A stretch of 64,000 nucleotides of DNA from Rhynchobatus australiae (taxonomy: Eukaryota): the NCBI GenBank assembly GCA_034780895.1, contig JAUZTB010000077.1, forward strand, positions 16,940,683 through 17,004,682. Direction: 5' to 3'. Shown here piece after piece: positions 51,701 through 63,794 of this stretch (positions are counted from its first letter, which is position 1; each line of letters starts with the position of its first letter). The translations under genes and the position numbers were made by a program. The notes beneath the pieces are model-generated. The model ran no database searches. It was not told the origin of the DNA and saw only the letters and a program-made list of their open reading frames with translations.

Positions 51701-53315
51701 CAAGCTGGGATGGAACTCGTGGCCATTATCCCTTCAAATATTATATTTGGGACACAATAAGATTGAAGTGCACAGTGGGTCCAACAGATGTTCTGTACAC
51801 TTTGTAAACTGCAGTGTTGTTNNNNNNNNNNNNNNNNNNNNNNNNNTTTGAACTGGTGTTTTGCCATCATACTAATAGCATTAGTGTGATGCTCATATAT
51901 GTTAGCATTAGTATATTTTGTATATAATGTATATATTCCAAATATGCACACTGAAAGAGTAGAAGGGATAGATTTAAATACTTAAATAAAAAAAATTTGG
52001 GCTACAGTATAAGATCAATTAACTTCATGTGTTGTCCAGTAGATTTGGGTAAAAACGTCACTTGAAAGGACATGCAGAATTAGAGAGGACTCTGGTGTAT
52101 TTTATTAGCCAGAATTTCAAAACATTTAAATGGTTCGTGCACTTATGCTTCTAAACATTTGAATTAAGATGCAGATGGCTTTTGGAGTGTTTTTACCCTC
52201 TATGGAAGCAGGTTGGAGTATTTTTTTCACGCAAGTTCACATTGAAACAAGATGTGTGAAATAATTTTTGAGCTTGTTACATTTGCCTTCTGTGATTGAG
52301 TTTCCCTGTGATTGAATTCCCACGTGCAAATTGCTAAGTGATCAAATGGATGTCCGCAGTGAATGTTGGCAGAAGGTTCACGTTTATTTTATGTCGTTGG
52401 CAAATAAAAGCTTTCTGCTTTGTATCTCACTCTGAATACGTTCTTAAGAGGTGGAAAACTGCTTCAGCTTAATTAAGAATAATGAACTCACCACTGTTTA
52501 CAGGAGTGAACTGTTAATTAACAACAAATGCAGCTACTTTAGAAAGATTTTTGGAATTACCCTAAAGTATTATAGTCTGTGAATGGGGAGAAGGAGGGAA
52601 TAAATGGTACTAATGAGATCTAGCAAATTAAATGTAACACATGACACGGAGACTGTAATCTAACATCAAAGTATGAATTTTGCTGCATAGTTTATTTAGA
52701 ACTAACTGGCTTAATGAGGCTTCTGTTGCATGTAAACATAATTTAAATTATTAACATTTTAGCAGTGGAATTTCTTTGAGAAGATTGACTTTTCAATCTT
52801 TTCTTTTGACAGTCTGTTTCAAATGCTCAAACATAACTATTCATGTAAGTAACTTTAATCAATTAAATTAGTATTTTTTTTATCAAACAGTGATTGTGCA
52901 GTCAGCGGCTCAAAATCTCACTCCAAGCTCAGGTCAAAACTTGAGAGCCCTGTGTCTCCCATTTAAAACCATGTTTAGTTTACTAAGATTGTTTTAGGAA
53001 GATATAATCAAGTCACAAATGTACTACTAACCAACTTTGTATTTTGTGTTATAGTAGCTTACCCCTTAAGAAAGGCCATTAGCTAGGTTACGGCCTACTA
53101 CCCCAATAACCTTAATAATTACAGCCCTTTGATAATGTTGTTAAAACTGTCACATCTCCAGTTACTTCCACTCAGAGGCCTATATAGCTTAACATTAATT
53201 AAAGTGTTAGTTTATNNNNNNNNNNNNNNNNNNNNNNNNNNNNNNNNNNNNNNNNNNNNNNNNNNNNNNNNNNNNNNNNNNNNNNNNNNNNNNNNNNNNN
53301 NNNNNNNNNNNNNNN

Positions 53316-53556
53316 CCTTTCACGAACCGGCTCCCACAATCGTGAGCATCGTCGGAGGCCCCGACACAAGATGGCGCGGGGCACTCCTCCTTCGTCGGGC
53401 TAGTGGAGCCTGCGTGCAGGAAGGTCACGTGACCTGCATGTGATGTCAGCGCGGGAACTGTGTTTATTAAAGGGGCAGCGCACCCCTGTCGTTCATTCGA
53501 CTCTTGAACTTCAAACAAGTGTCTCGTGTCTTTATTCAGTGTAGCTAGCCACTACA
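53316..53556 (+). mobile_element. Partial LTR (Gypsy-like), CpG-rich; other end lost in a gap
   Basis: Ends '..tagccactaca'. Contains YY1-like caagatggcg, palindrome aggtcacgtgacct and tttattaaa. Abrupt GC/CpG-rich block in AT-rich DNA. Confidence 0.6.
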
Positions 53557-56314
53557 GTAGGTTATTTATGAATGCACAGAGGAGAAAAGGTCACAGCGTG
53601 TCACTCCCCTTTGTAAGTGGGTCCCATGTGCATCCTTCCCTTTAACCAAATTGTTAATCCAATTTATTTTTTGGTGGATTTCTTTAAATGAAGCCCCAGA
53701 GATATAGAATTGTCATATTTGTCAGTGCACTCATAATCGGGGACACGGAGCTCATTTCAGGAATATGTTCGACTGTTTTTATCTTGGAATAATTGCAACT
53801 ATCTGGAAACCATGGAAGGGGCTCGGGATGCAGAGTATTGAAAAAAACTGTCTCATCACAGCTTTCTTTTTTATATCTGGAAGACAAGTATGTCCCACAG
53901 TGGGAGGTGTATTTAAATCAATCACGACTCAGTACTAACTTAAGATATTCCACATGGCAGGATGCTTCTACCTGACAATCATTTTCAATAGTTTTGCATA
54001 ATATTTCTTCCTTCAAAATGAATGGAAAAAAAAATAATGGTAAATGCTTTGGCTTTATTCCACTATCCTGTGAAGCACATTCAGATGTTTTGTTGGATGA
54101 AAGGCAAACTGTACCTCTTCAGGATCCTTTTTATCCAGTTCCTGAGCCATATCTTGAGAGACAGAGTAATTTCCTCAAAGAAGTCACTGATGTTGTTCGG
54201 AAACAATTACTCTTCTCATTCCAAGTTGGTTCCTGCTTTTGTACATCTATTCCTCATAATTAGTCATTTTGTGAAAAAGTGAAAATGATGTCTGTACCAC
54301 CACTAGTGGTGGCTACCTTTTGGTTTCATTGCTTTTAGGTAGCAGAATATCCAGGGGCTCTTTAAGTGAAATAGTAAGAACAAAATCAAGGCATGTTCAA
54401 ACATATGTTAATTAAATTTACTTGTTGACGGTAGTTGTCATTTGATGTGAGCTTGCCAAAGGCAAGAATCAGTTTTCCCCATTTCTTTTCGAGATGTAAA
54501 GACTTTAAGGATGACAAGGTAACATTTGGAAGAATTACAAATGTTGTCCATGCTGTTGGAATAGTTTCCCATCAATTTGTTTGAAAAATGATGTGTTTAG
54601 GGTTACCATTTTGAGACTACATCCCACCCCTTCATCCCATACAGGCATCTTTTCATTACTGGTGTACTGAATGAAAAGCCACATTAGCAGAACTCCACAG
54701 CGTTTTCTCATTAAGATTCCAGTCTGTGTGGAGAGCTCTTTGTTAATGTTTGCAGAAAAAGATGTTAGTGTTTTTTGGGAAAGGGCCATGCTGTATGCGT
54801 GTGCATTGTAATACATGTGTGGACTGAGCAGTAGACATCTTTTCAGTCTGCTCAAAGCAGTCAGCTTTGATTTAATAGCTGTGATTTATTAGGCAAGAAG
54901 CCATTCAAACTCCTGCATATTTCTTCATATATTTTACAAATAATTCTTTCTTGCACATCCCACGTTGGTATAATAAAAATGCCTTATCCACTTTATTTTC
55001 TTTTCAAGACTGCAAAGGGTGAGTAAGATGGCTCGACAAAAGGTTTGAATACTAGTGTACTTACCTTACAGCTGCCCACTGCAGCCTTGCAAATGCACAT
55101 TGTCCCAGAGGCTTTGGAATGATTGATAGAGAATTTTATTAAATCCAATTATATTCTCAAATGATTAAAATTGAGATGACTATATCTGCCAACAATCCAT
55201 GGATAATTTGCTTTTTTTAATCCTGGGCACTCTGTTCCTCTTGTATCTCACTTCCTTCTTGCTGAATGCATTTTTTACCTTTTTCTGTGCATGAGTGACC
55301 TTCGCTGTGTGCTGTCCTGCAACAAGATTGCAGCCTCCACCCCCAATGACACCCCCAGTGTAACTCGTCTGGTCAAATTTTGTTTGGAGTCCTGTTGCTA
55401 ATGTCTCTGTATGATGTTTCTGAGGTTATTAAATTATGGAATGACATCACAAACACAAATACCTATTTATTTATATTGTTCTAATCTATATGTCCTAATC
55501 TACATGTGAGTTGGTAGAAATAAATGAATGGAACAGTGTATTGTGAAGTACAATTAAAGTGGCGTGTTACATGTTAAATGCTCCAACTGAATTAAAAGAA
55601 GCCACCTCTGTGAAGTTTATACCAATGTAAGATAAGATAGTTAGCCACGCATTACAACAGGAATAAATGAACAAAAAACATATCCACCTTTTACTCTCGG
55701 GAATGTTATTGAATGCTCTAACTATTGCTTGTGAAGTGTGAAACTTTTGCATTGTTTCTGTTCCTATACATTATTAATTTTAATGGAGCAGGTTAAAATA
55801 ACTAGGCTATTTTTCTACCCAAAGACAAGTTTAGAACTAATCATCATGTATGATGAAGTAATGCATTGACATAGCTATATGTTTCCATTTGAGTGGATAT
55901 GTGTACTTTTTTTGAAAAACACATTACCCTGAAGGTTTTTCGATGATTGTTCACTGACGAGGTTTATACCTTTTCTAACTGCCAGCTCTTTTAACCATAG
56001 ATATTATTAATTTAGTATGATAGTAAAGGGAAGTGTGATTTCACTGGTTTATATTTTGAACATTGCAAGTTAACACAGCATATTAAAATATTAATAATGG
56101 GACAATTGCTCTGTGTCAGAGACAAAATAACTATCCCAACAAATCAGTTACCTTGTAGGGTGCAAACTACAAATAGGTGCTGATAATTAGCACATACAAG
56201 AGTGAGGCCTATTTGACGTAAAAGGGGGAGAGAAGCAAGTTGCAATTGCATAGCACCAATCACATTCCCCAGCCTTCTCAAGCTACTCCACAGTCAAATA
56301 CTTAGGAAATGCCA

Positions 56315-56480
56315 TCACTGTAGACAGCTGCAGTAGCCAATTTGTGTGCTACAAACAGCAATGAAATAAATGAGCAGTTACTTGTTTCGGTTGAGGTCGC
56401 TCAGGCTTAAATGTTAGGTAAGGATAACAGGAGAATTCTACTTCGCTTTGAACTGTGCCATGAGCTTTTTTTTTGATACA
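56315..56480 (-). mobile_element. Deu-domain SINE remnant
   Basis: 'gcagtagccaatttgtgtgc.acaaacagcaatgaaataa..ggttgagg..aggagaattc..gtgccatgag' matches the reverse of the Deu domain. Confidence 0.6.
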
Positions 56481-56774
56481 TGATGAGAGATGAGTGGCAA
56501 GATTTTCTTTGCATCAAAGGATTGAGTTACAGGAACACCTGGGACCTTAAAGGTAGATGATTGAGAAGCAATCTTGTAGAGGTAAACAAGATAATGATTG
56601 ATATGGAAAAAGTTTAATCAGCCACACAAATACAAATTAAGCCATCGCAGCGGAGCAAGGAACTCGACTTCAAATCAGCAAACAGCAAACTCCCGATATC
56701 AGCAAGTTCGTTACCCAGGGGAATGATCAGCAGGGTGCTGGAAACCGAGAGCTTAAATTCTATTACAGTTATAT

Positions 56775-57085
56775 TTTCTTGCGATATTCAAAGCCATTTG
56801 GGCCACGAAGTCTATGCTGGCTCTCAAATCAATCTTATCGGTCCTGTTCCCCCACTCCCCTCCCTGTAACCTGTTCTTTCTCACATGGCCTTGAAGTCCC
56901 TTCTGATTCTCTGACTGTGCACCCACACAAGAGGCCATGTACAGTGGTCAGCTAACCTACCCATTTGTACGTCTTTGGTCTGTGGAAGTAATGAGGGCAC
57001 CCTGGGTGAATTCACACAATCCCAGAATGTGCCCATTCTGGAGCTGTGAGGCATTGGCACTACCTGCTGCACCAACTGTGTCATG
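56775..57085 (-). mobile_element. Older HE1-type V-SINE with CR1-like tail
   Basis: Reverse head 'ctggagctgtgaggc..cactacctgctgcaccaactgtg', V domain 'aacctacc..cgtctttgg.ctgtgg', and tail 'gccatttgggccacgaagtctatgctggctct'. Confidence 0.75.
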
Positions 57086-57769
57086 CTCCCACGACCCCTA
57101 AGTAGCAAGTTATGCTCATGAAATCAAGATGGGGAAAACATGACTGTATAAAACTGCTGATTGTTGGAACACCCCAGTGCATCTGCTCTTCCTTCTGGCA
57201 ATCTGCGACAAGCAAGTCACTGTTTTGGCACATCTTTGAAAGTGTTTCCCGATTTAATCCCAATCCACAGGATTGGATCTTTCTTCGTTGCAGATCTTTA
57301 TCCAGTTCTCATCCCAATTTGTCATTGAAACTGCTTGTATCATCCTTTCAGGCAAAGCAGTTCGCAACACAGAGTTCCCTTTGTTTCGAAAAAAAAACTT
57401 GCCTTTCTGCTTCAATTTTTTAGATTATCTTCTAAATTGCTTTTCCCAGATTACTGACCCTTCTGTAAATGCAGGATTCCTCCCATTTACTCTATTGAAG
57501 CAATTTGTAAAATTTGTTAATTTATAACAAATCTTCCCTTAAGCTTCTCTGTTTAAGGAAGTTCTAGGTTGGGTTTATCATGACTCTGACCAATATCTGG
57601 TGGACTCAACAAGTCCCGAATATTCCATGCTGCTATGGAGCAGTTAAGAATGCGATGGACACAGTTCTGTTAAGGTCAACTGCAAAACGTTGAGAAGAAA
57701 AATGCATACAGCAATCTTCAGGATAGGAAACAGACACAAATAATGCCTTGGCATAACTTGGATAATATC

Positions 57770-58365
57770 AGGGCAAGAAATTTGGCATGTCCCCTTTGAC
57801 CCCCATCAATTTTTATCAATGCACCATAGGAAGCATCCTATCCGGATGCATCACGGCTTGGTCTGGCAACTGCTCTGCCCATGACTGCAAGAAACTGCAG
57901 AGAGTTGTGGACACAGCTCAGCTCAGCACATCACGGAAACCAGCCTCCCCTCCATGGACTCTTGTCCACACTTCTCGCTGCCTCACTAAAGCAGCCAACG
58001 TAATCAAAGACCCCTCCCACCACAGATATTCTCTCTTCTCCACCCTCCCATCAGGCAGAAGATACTAAAGCCTGAAAGCATGTACCACCAGGCTCAAGGA
58101 CAGCTTCTATCTGCTGTTATACAGCTATTGAACGATTCCCTTGAGTGATAAAATGGACTCTTGACCTCGCAATCTACCTCATTATGACCTTGCACCTTAT
58201 TGTCTACCGGCACTGCACTTTCTCTGCAACTGTAACACTTCATTCTGCATTGTCATTGTTTTACTTTGTACTGCCTCATTGCACTGTGCAATGAATTGAT
58301 GTGTATTAGACAAGTTTTCACTATACCTTGGTACATGTGACAGTAATAAACCAATTTACGAATTT
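57770..58365 (+). mobile_element. Rex1/Babar LINE 3' fragment
   Basis: 'FYQCTIGSILSGCITAWSGNCSAHDCKKLQRVVDTAQ...KAANVIKDPSH...LPSGRRY' plus 3' UTR. Confidence 0.93.
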
Positions 58366-58884
58366 ACAAAGTGGGTGAATGAACTAAGATGGGTCCCACA
58401 GCCTTTGTTTTCTGTCCCAAGTCGGGAAATGTGGAAAAGAGGAAAATGGAAAATGAGGGACATAATTGGGATGTACAAATTGATCAGGAGAACTGTAAAG
58501 GATACTTGGCCCAATTTTCACTTCCCACTCTGCTGAGATTGTATCAGGGAAGTGGTTAAATCATGGCAGAGTACTTGCTTCTGGATTTTTAATGGTCTCC
58601 CACTTGCTCGCCACTATTTGACCAATGTATTTCTCAGTGTTGGTGAGGTTACCTGACAGAATCAGTGCACGTACAAATTTGCATCCAAAGATGCAATTAG
58701 AACAACAGTGCTACCTTGAAGCAAAATTGTGAAAGTTCTTACTGGTACCTAACCTGCCAGGAACATCTGAGCCTCCAAAGCAGTGTTTAAAGAGAAACTC
58801 ACCTGCGGGCAATGCTGCTGGTGCTAACCTAATCACTCACCGCTATCATAGCCAGTAAATGTAGTGTGCAGAATGTATTGTGGT

Positions 58885-59175
58885 GTGACAAAATATGACA
58901 GCCAATTTGTATTCAGCAGATCCCACAAACATCAGAAAGGAAAGTGATAAAATCTGTTTTCTATGCTGTCCAAAGTTGGCTCAGCTACACAAGGACTCTT
59001 TTTATTTAATAACACAAGGGTTCATTTACAAAGCTTGAGTGGATATTCAGAATATTGGTTTAATAGGACTATTAAAAGGGGACACCTCATGATGTAGCAC
59101 TTGCTTGGTACTACACTGAAGTATATAGCTTAGATTTTCTCTTTACTCTATAAAAAAGGGCCTGAAACAGGAACT
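58885..59175 (-). mobile_element. Deu-domain SINE remnant
   Basis: 'acagccaatttg..cagatcccacaaaca' and 'gtagcacttgcttggtactacactgaagt..agcttagatttt'. Confidence 0.55.
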
Positions 59176-59189
59176 CAACCACAAAATAC

Positions 59190-59413
59190 TGAGGCAAAAA
59201 ACAAGCTGCTAGAAGAACTCCGTGGGTAAAGCCGCATCTGTGGAGGCAAAGGGCTGGTCAACATTTCAGTTGGAGACTCTGGTCCCGATGCAGGTTTTCA
59301 TCTTGAAACGTTGACCGTTCCTCCTGATTCCACAGATGCTGCCATTACTGCTCAGTTCTTCCAGCAGTTTGTTTTTTGCACCAGATTCCAGCATCTGCAG
59401 TCTCTTGTGTCTC
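59190..59413. mobile_element. Penelope-derived fold-back element
   Basis: Arms 'gcaaaaaacaagctgct.gaagaact' / 'agttcttccagcagtttgttttttgc', with a hammerhead-like centre at 59281-59316. Confidence 0.8.
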
Positions 59414-62400
59414 TGGTGAAATACTGCAAGTCACTGGAAATCTGAAATAAAAACAGAAAATGGTGAAAGTTATTTGCTGGTCAGCCAGAATCTGTGGAGG
59501 GACAAGAAACAACATATCGTCAGAACGAGAACCTTCTGATTCAGAGGTCCAGTTGCAACCATTGACGTCCAAGGAATATTTAAGTATTTTTCACATCCTC
59601 CGGTTATTCCACAGAGCTTCACAGCCAACAAAGAGTCATTACTGTTGTTGCAGCTGGAGCAAGACCTCGCAAACAACAACTCAACAAATATCCAGTTGTG
59701 GTCATATCTGAGGACTAAATGATGATTAATAATTGAGGGAATTTGGTGGATCTTTGAATCATGCTGAATGATCTTTTACTTGAGCAGACAATTAGTGGTT
59801 TTATGTCAACAGCCCAGATGTTTGTCCATTGTTGTCCACTGAACATCTTAGCTAGTAACGTCAACACGATGTACTCTGCCTCCAAAGTTCATCAGAGAGT
59901 CACACCAGCTTTGAAGTCCTGGGTTTAGCAGATCCATAGGGTATCAGGCCAAGAAAATAATACAGATTCAGATTAGTTTGTTGTCATGTACACCAGGGTG
60001 CAATGAAATTCCTTGTTCAGATGAAGCTCTCAAAGTTAAACAGTGTACATGGTAATATTAAGTACAATAATGCTAACCACATGGAGAATGTATGGATTGT
60101 ACTTGAATCCAACAGCAAGGATCTAGAAATGGTTCAAGGCGCATAGTGATTCAGCACGAAGAGTCATCAGCCAAGTTTTAAAATAGTTGGACAGGACAAG
60201 CTTTTGTCAGCCTAATTTTTTTGTTCACTGCACTTCAGTTTTAATCAGTGCCAGGTTTCTGTTTCACTCAGCCTGCCAATGAATAACAAAGTTTCTGGTG
60301 GATTAACACACTAAGTCCTTATCATCAGTACAAACTCCGCGCCCTTTCATTCACCAGTATTTTTATTCAGATGATTTTGTTTTACACTGCTTGTGAGTGA
60401 AGCTGAGTACACTAGGATTACAGGAGCAAATGTTAGCCTTGCGAAATTCTTTTGCCCTTATTTTCCATTAATTAAAACTGGAAGGAAAATCTGCATTCAT
60501 AGCTGAGACTAATGCAGTTTGTTGCAGGATGCAATAAATTTTTCGCCCTGATTACACAATAAGCACTTATTAACCCGAGTCACCAGCTTAAGGTGTCATT
60601 ACTAAGTAACAACAGTTGTGTTTAAAATATCATGCACATTCTTTTTGGTTTGTGTATTACCATTTTTGTTGAATGCTGTAATTTGTAAGATGAAATCCTT
60701 TTTGTAAAAAAAAGGATATTTCTCTTTTCTCTGATGTTTTCTTATTAAACCACAAAATACTCTGCAAATTAAAGTAAATAAGGCCACCCATCAAAGGTTT
60801 CTACCATAATTATTGAGCTTTATTGATGGATCAATATATTCCAGAGTCCAAAAGATGGAAAATTTTCAGTGCCAAAGGCTAAAGACAATGTAATCTTCCT
60901 TCAGGTACTTTTTTTCCCCTGGATATACCATTTTGATGCACATTCTGACATGACCAGCCCAATTATTCTGATGTGCATGTTAAAAAGTAAACATCTGGCT
61001 GTTGCACTTTTCAAAAGCAAAACCTTTATTTTGCTCATTTAGTAAAGAACCAACAGGAAAAGCAATTAAAGCAACGTCCCTCTTTTAGTCTTTCACATGT
61101 AAGTGTTTATGTTTAATGTTTTGATTTGGCTTTGGAATAACATTTTATGTTTAATCCTGAATTTGAAATTAATCTGATCCATAATTTATTGTATGCAGAT
61201 AACACGGCAATCAGAACAATTACTCCTTCTTGCAATCTGTGCATATCTACCATGTTCAGTTAATTTGAACCAGTTAGTGTTCTTGTAGTTACTTTACAGT
61301 TTTGTTTTTGTAGATTTGCTTTCACTCTCAACATTTTATTGCACCTTCATAAATAAGCATCATGCTCCAGAATCTCTGCATTTCTGCTACTTTGCTCTCA
61401 TGTTGTTATAAAACTCACCAAGGTTAATTGTGACTTGCTGCTTAATCATTTAGGTGTGGCTTTGTGTGAATATTGCATCTAGAGAATGTACATTCAAGCC
61501 ACAACAATGATGTACAAAATCTTTGGAACATACTAGAGAGGATTAATATTGAGTATAAATACAATAGAAATCATATAATGGATTAATTACCCAACATAAT
61601 AAATATTTGGATTCATCAACAGATGTAGTTGATGAATACTGCCTACTTCGATCACTTTTTCAATTTATCATTTCTGAAGATTGCATTTGATGTGCCTTCT
61701 GTGTGCCTCACGTTGATGAAATGGTGGACTGCTCACTAATCAGAACCTGGAAGAAAACTTGAACTGAATAAAGTCTCCAGATTTTAACTTGTAACCTGGC
61801 TTGGTCTGCTTTTGTCAAACCACAGAGGGCGGTGATTCATCTTATTAAATGAGAATAGGAAATTGCCATAGGTGGCATTCTGCAAGCAGAGCATTCATTG
61901 CAATCCAAATATATAAAAGCTAAAAACAATACAGTAAGTTCACATAATTCAACCAGACTTGGGTAATTTAGTGCATGTGCATGCACTGGTCTTTGTTAAA
62001 TGGATAACCCATCAGAATGAAGTGAATTCTACTCATTTACAATGTTCCCATTATTATTATGTTAAAATTTGTCAGAGAATGAGAGACATTACAGCAGACA
62101 GTGATGATGTTTGAGTGGGTGTGGGATTGATCCTCCTCCCCCATTCCTGTTCCCCCTGGGTGCTTTTTGTATTAAAACTTGTCCCCATTCCTTTCTCAAC
62201 ACTGCTTTCACCTCTGTTGGAGATGTATCTCATGATGTTTTTGACCTTTCCATTCCCAAGTTGTTCATTANNNNNNNNNNNNNNNNNNNNNNNNNNNNNN
62301 NNNNNNNNNNNNNNNNNNNNNNNNNNNNNNNNNNNNNNNNNNNNNNNNNNNNNNNNNNNNNNNNNNNNNNNNNNNNNNNNNNNNNNNNNNNNNNNNNNNN

Positions 62401-62979
62401 NNNNNNNNNNNNNNNNNNNNNNNNNNNNNNNNNNNNNNNNNNNGCTGCTGGGATGGTCAGTGTGTGGGATGGGACACAGGATGCCAATGCAGCAGAACTT
62501 ATGAAGTAAAAGCTTCTCCATTGTTAACCATTCTGTTGGGAAGATTTATGTTCAATCCCAGAAGACTGTCAGTCTGGGAAGCACGATCACTGTAGTATGA
62601 ATTGGCAAATCACGTGCTCAGAGCAGAGAGGATTTCACTGATCCATTCTCAAGTTTATTTGCTTTGTGACCAGAAATCAATGGATTAAGAATTTCTAAAC
62701 TTATTTAATTTGACACCGGACAGGAACATTTTTCATGCTGACAGTCTGGGTTAATTTATCCCAGGTCTCACAGTCAAAAGCCCATTGCGCCATTCTTTTT
62801 CTTTATACGTAGTTCAGACAACTTGAGTTGCCATTCTGATATTGAATGGGAGTTATTGGTGGTTACCAACTTCATAGCTTTGAGCTTAATATAATTTGCT
62901 GTTTCTGGAAGTGAAGAGTCAGAACAATCAACAAGGAACTGGTGTGGAAGAAATGGACCATTGTGCAGCCATACAGCTC

Positions 62980-63200
62980 CTGAAGAAATCCTTGCTGACA
63001 CTAATGGGAAAAACACCCTATTCTGTGCAAAATCTGGAGTCTCTCTTTCCTCCTTTAAAGCACTTTTTAAAACTTGGCTCTTCGACCAAGCTTTTGATCT
63101 CTTGCTCTGACAACCGTTCAGTGACAGCACCAATTTTTGGTTGAGGACGCTCCTGTAAAGCACTTTACAATGCTATGTAAATGGGAATTGTTATTGAATT
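62980..63200 (+). mobile_element. L2 LINE 3' end
   Basis: 'cctcctttaaagcactttttaaaac..ctcttcgaccaagctttt..cctgtaaagcacttt..gctatgtaaatg'. Confidence 0.7.
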
Positions 63201-63359
63201 CCAGAGCCCAATTTAAAAACCACCAGCACAGACTTCAGAGTGACGGGGCTTTGAGTCCTTTACTCAAATTCTGTTTCCTATAAAAAGAAATTCCAAAAAC
63301 ATTGATTTTCTTTGCAGTAATGAATTGAACTTGTACAAAGCTGCAAATTAATATTCTTC

Positions 63360-63570
63360 TTTCAGATAATCATTAATTGCTGTGGAGAATTTGCTAGAGT
63401 AATGTTTTCAAGTTTATTCCGCTGTGAAAGTGCTAATCTGTATTGTTTGTCAGTGATTGAGCCGATTAGACGTTCTGTTTGATTCAAAGATATTGTCCTA
63501 TTACCATTTGAATGTAGCTGATGATTGATTGATCGCTGTCTTGGATCTGTCAGGAAAGTCAATGTATATT
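63360..63570. promoter_or_regulatory. Candidate PBX-HOX/MEIS enhancer element
   Basis: TGATTGAT twice overlapping (63522-63533), CTGTCA at 63547-63552, TTCAAAG, and taatcattaatt. Confidence 0.45.
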
Positions 63571-63794
63571 CACTCAGTAGCAGAGCTCCAATCTGAAGGG
63601 CAGTTTGGCACTCGACTTCATGCTCTAATGAGTTTGGTTAATCCTGATAGAAAAGCAAAATACAGCAGATGCAAGAAATCCAAAACGTAAGAAGCAAATC
63701 TGTGAGAAATACTCATCCTCTCAAGCAACTTCTGTGAACTGAGATGCAGGGACAGCATTTCCAACCCACGACCTCTTGATAGGCCTTGGAACTG

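Noticed and set aside
53994-54263. 89-aa plus-strand ORF with plausible composition
   Set aside because: The minus strand reads 'NNISDFFEEIT...WLRNWI', resembling decayed CR1 RT. No convincing splice context.
56641-56760. CpG-containing open frame 'AIAAEQGTRLQISKQQTPDISKFVTQG'
   Set aside because: Preceded by an in-frame stop, lacks a good acceptor, and runs into a SINE tail.
2040-62521. Long ORFs (200-370 aa) in the ORF track
   Set aside because: They consist mostly of X residues from N gaps. The real residues are retroelement-derived or unrecognisable.
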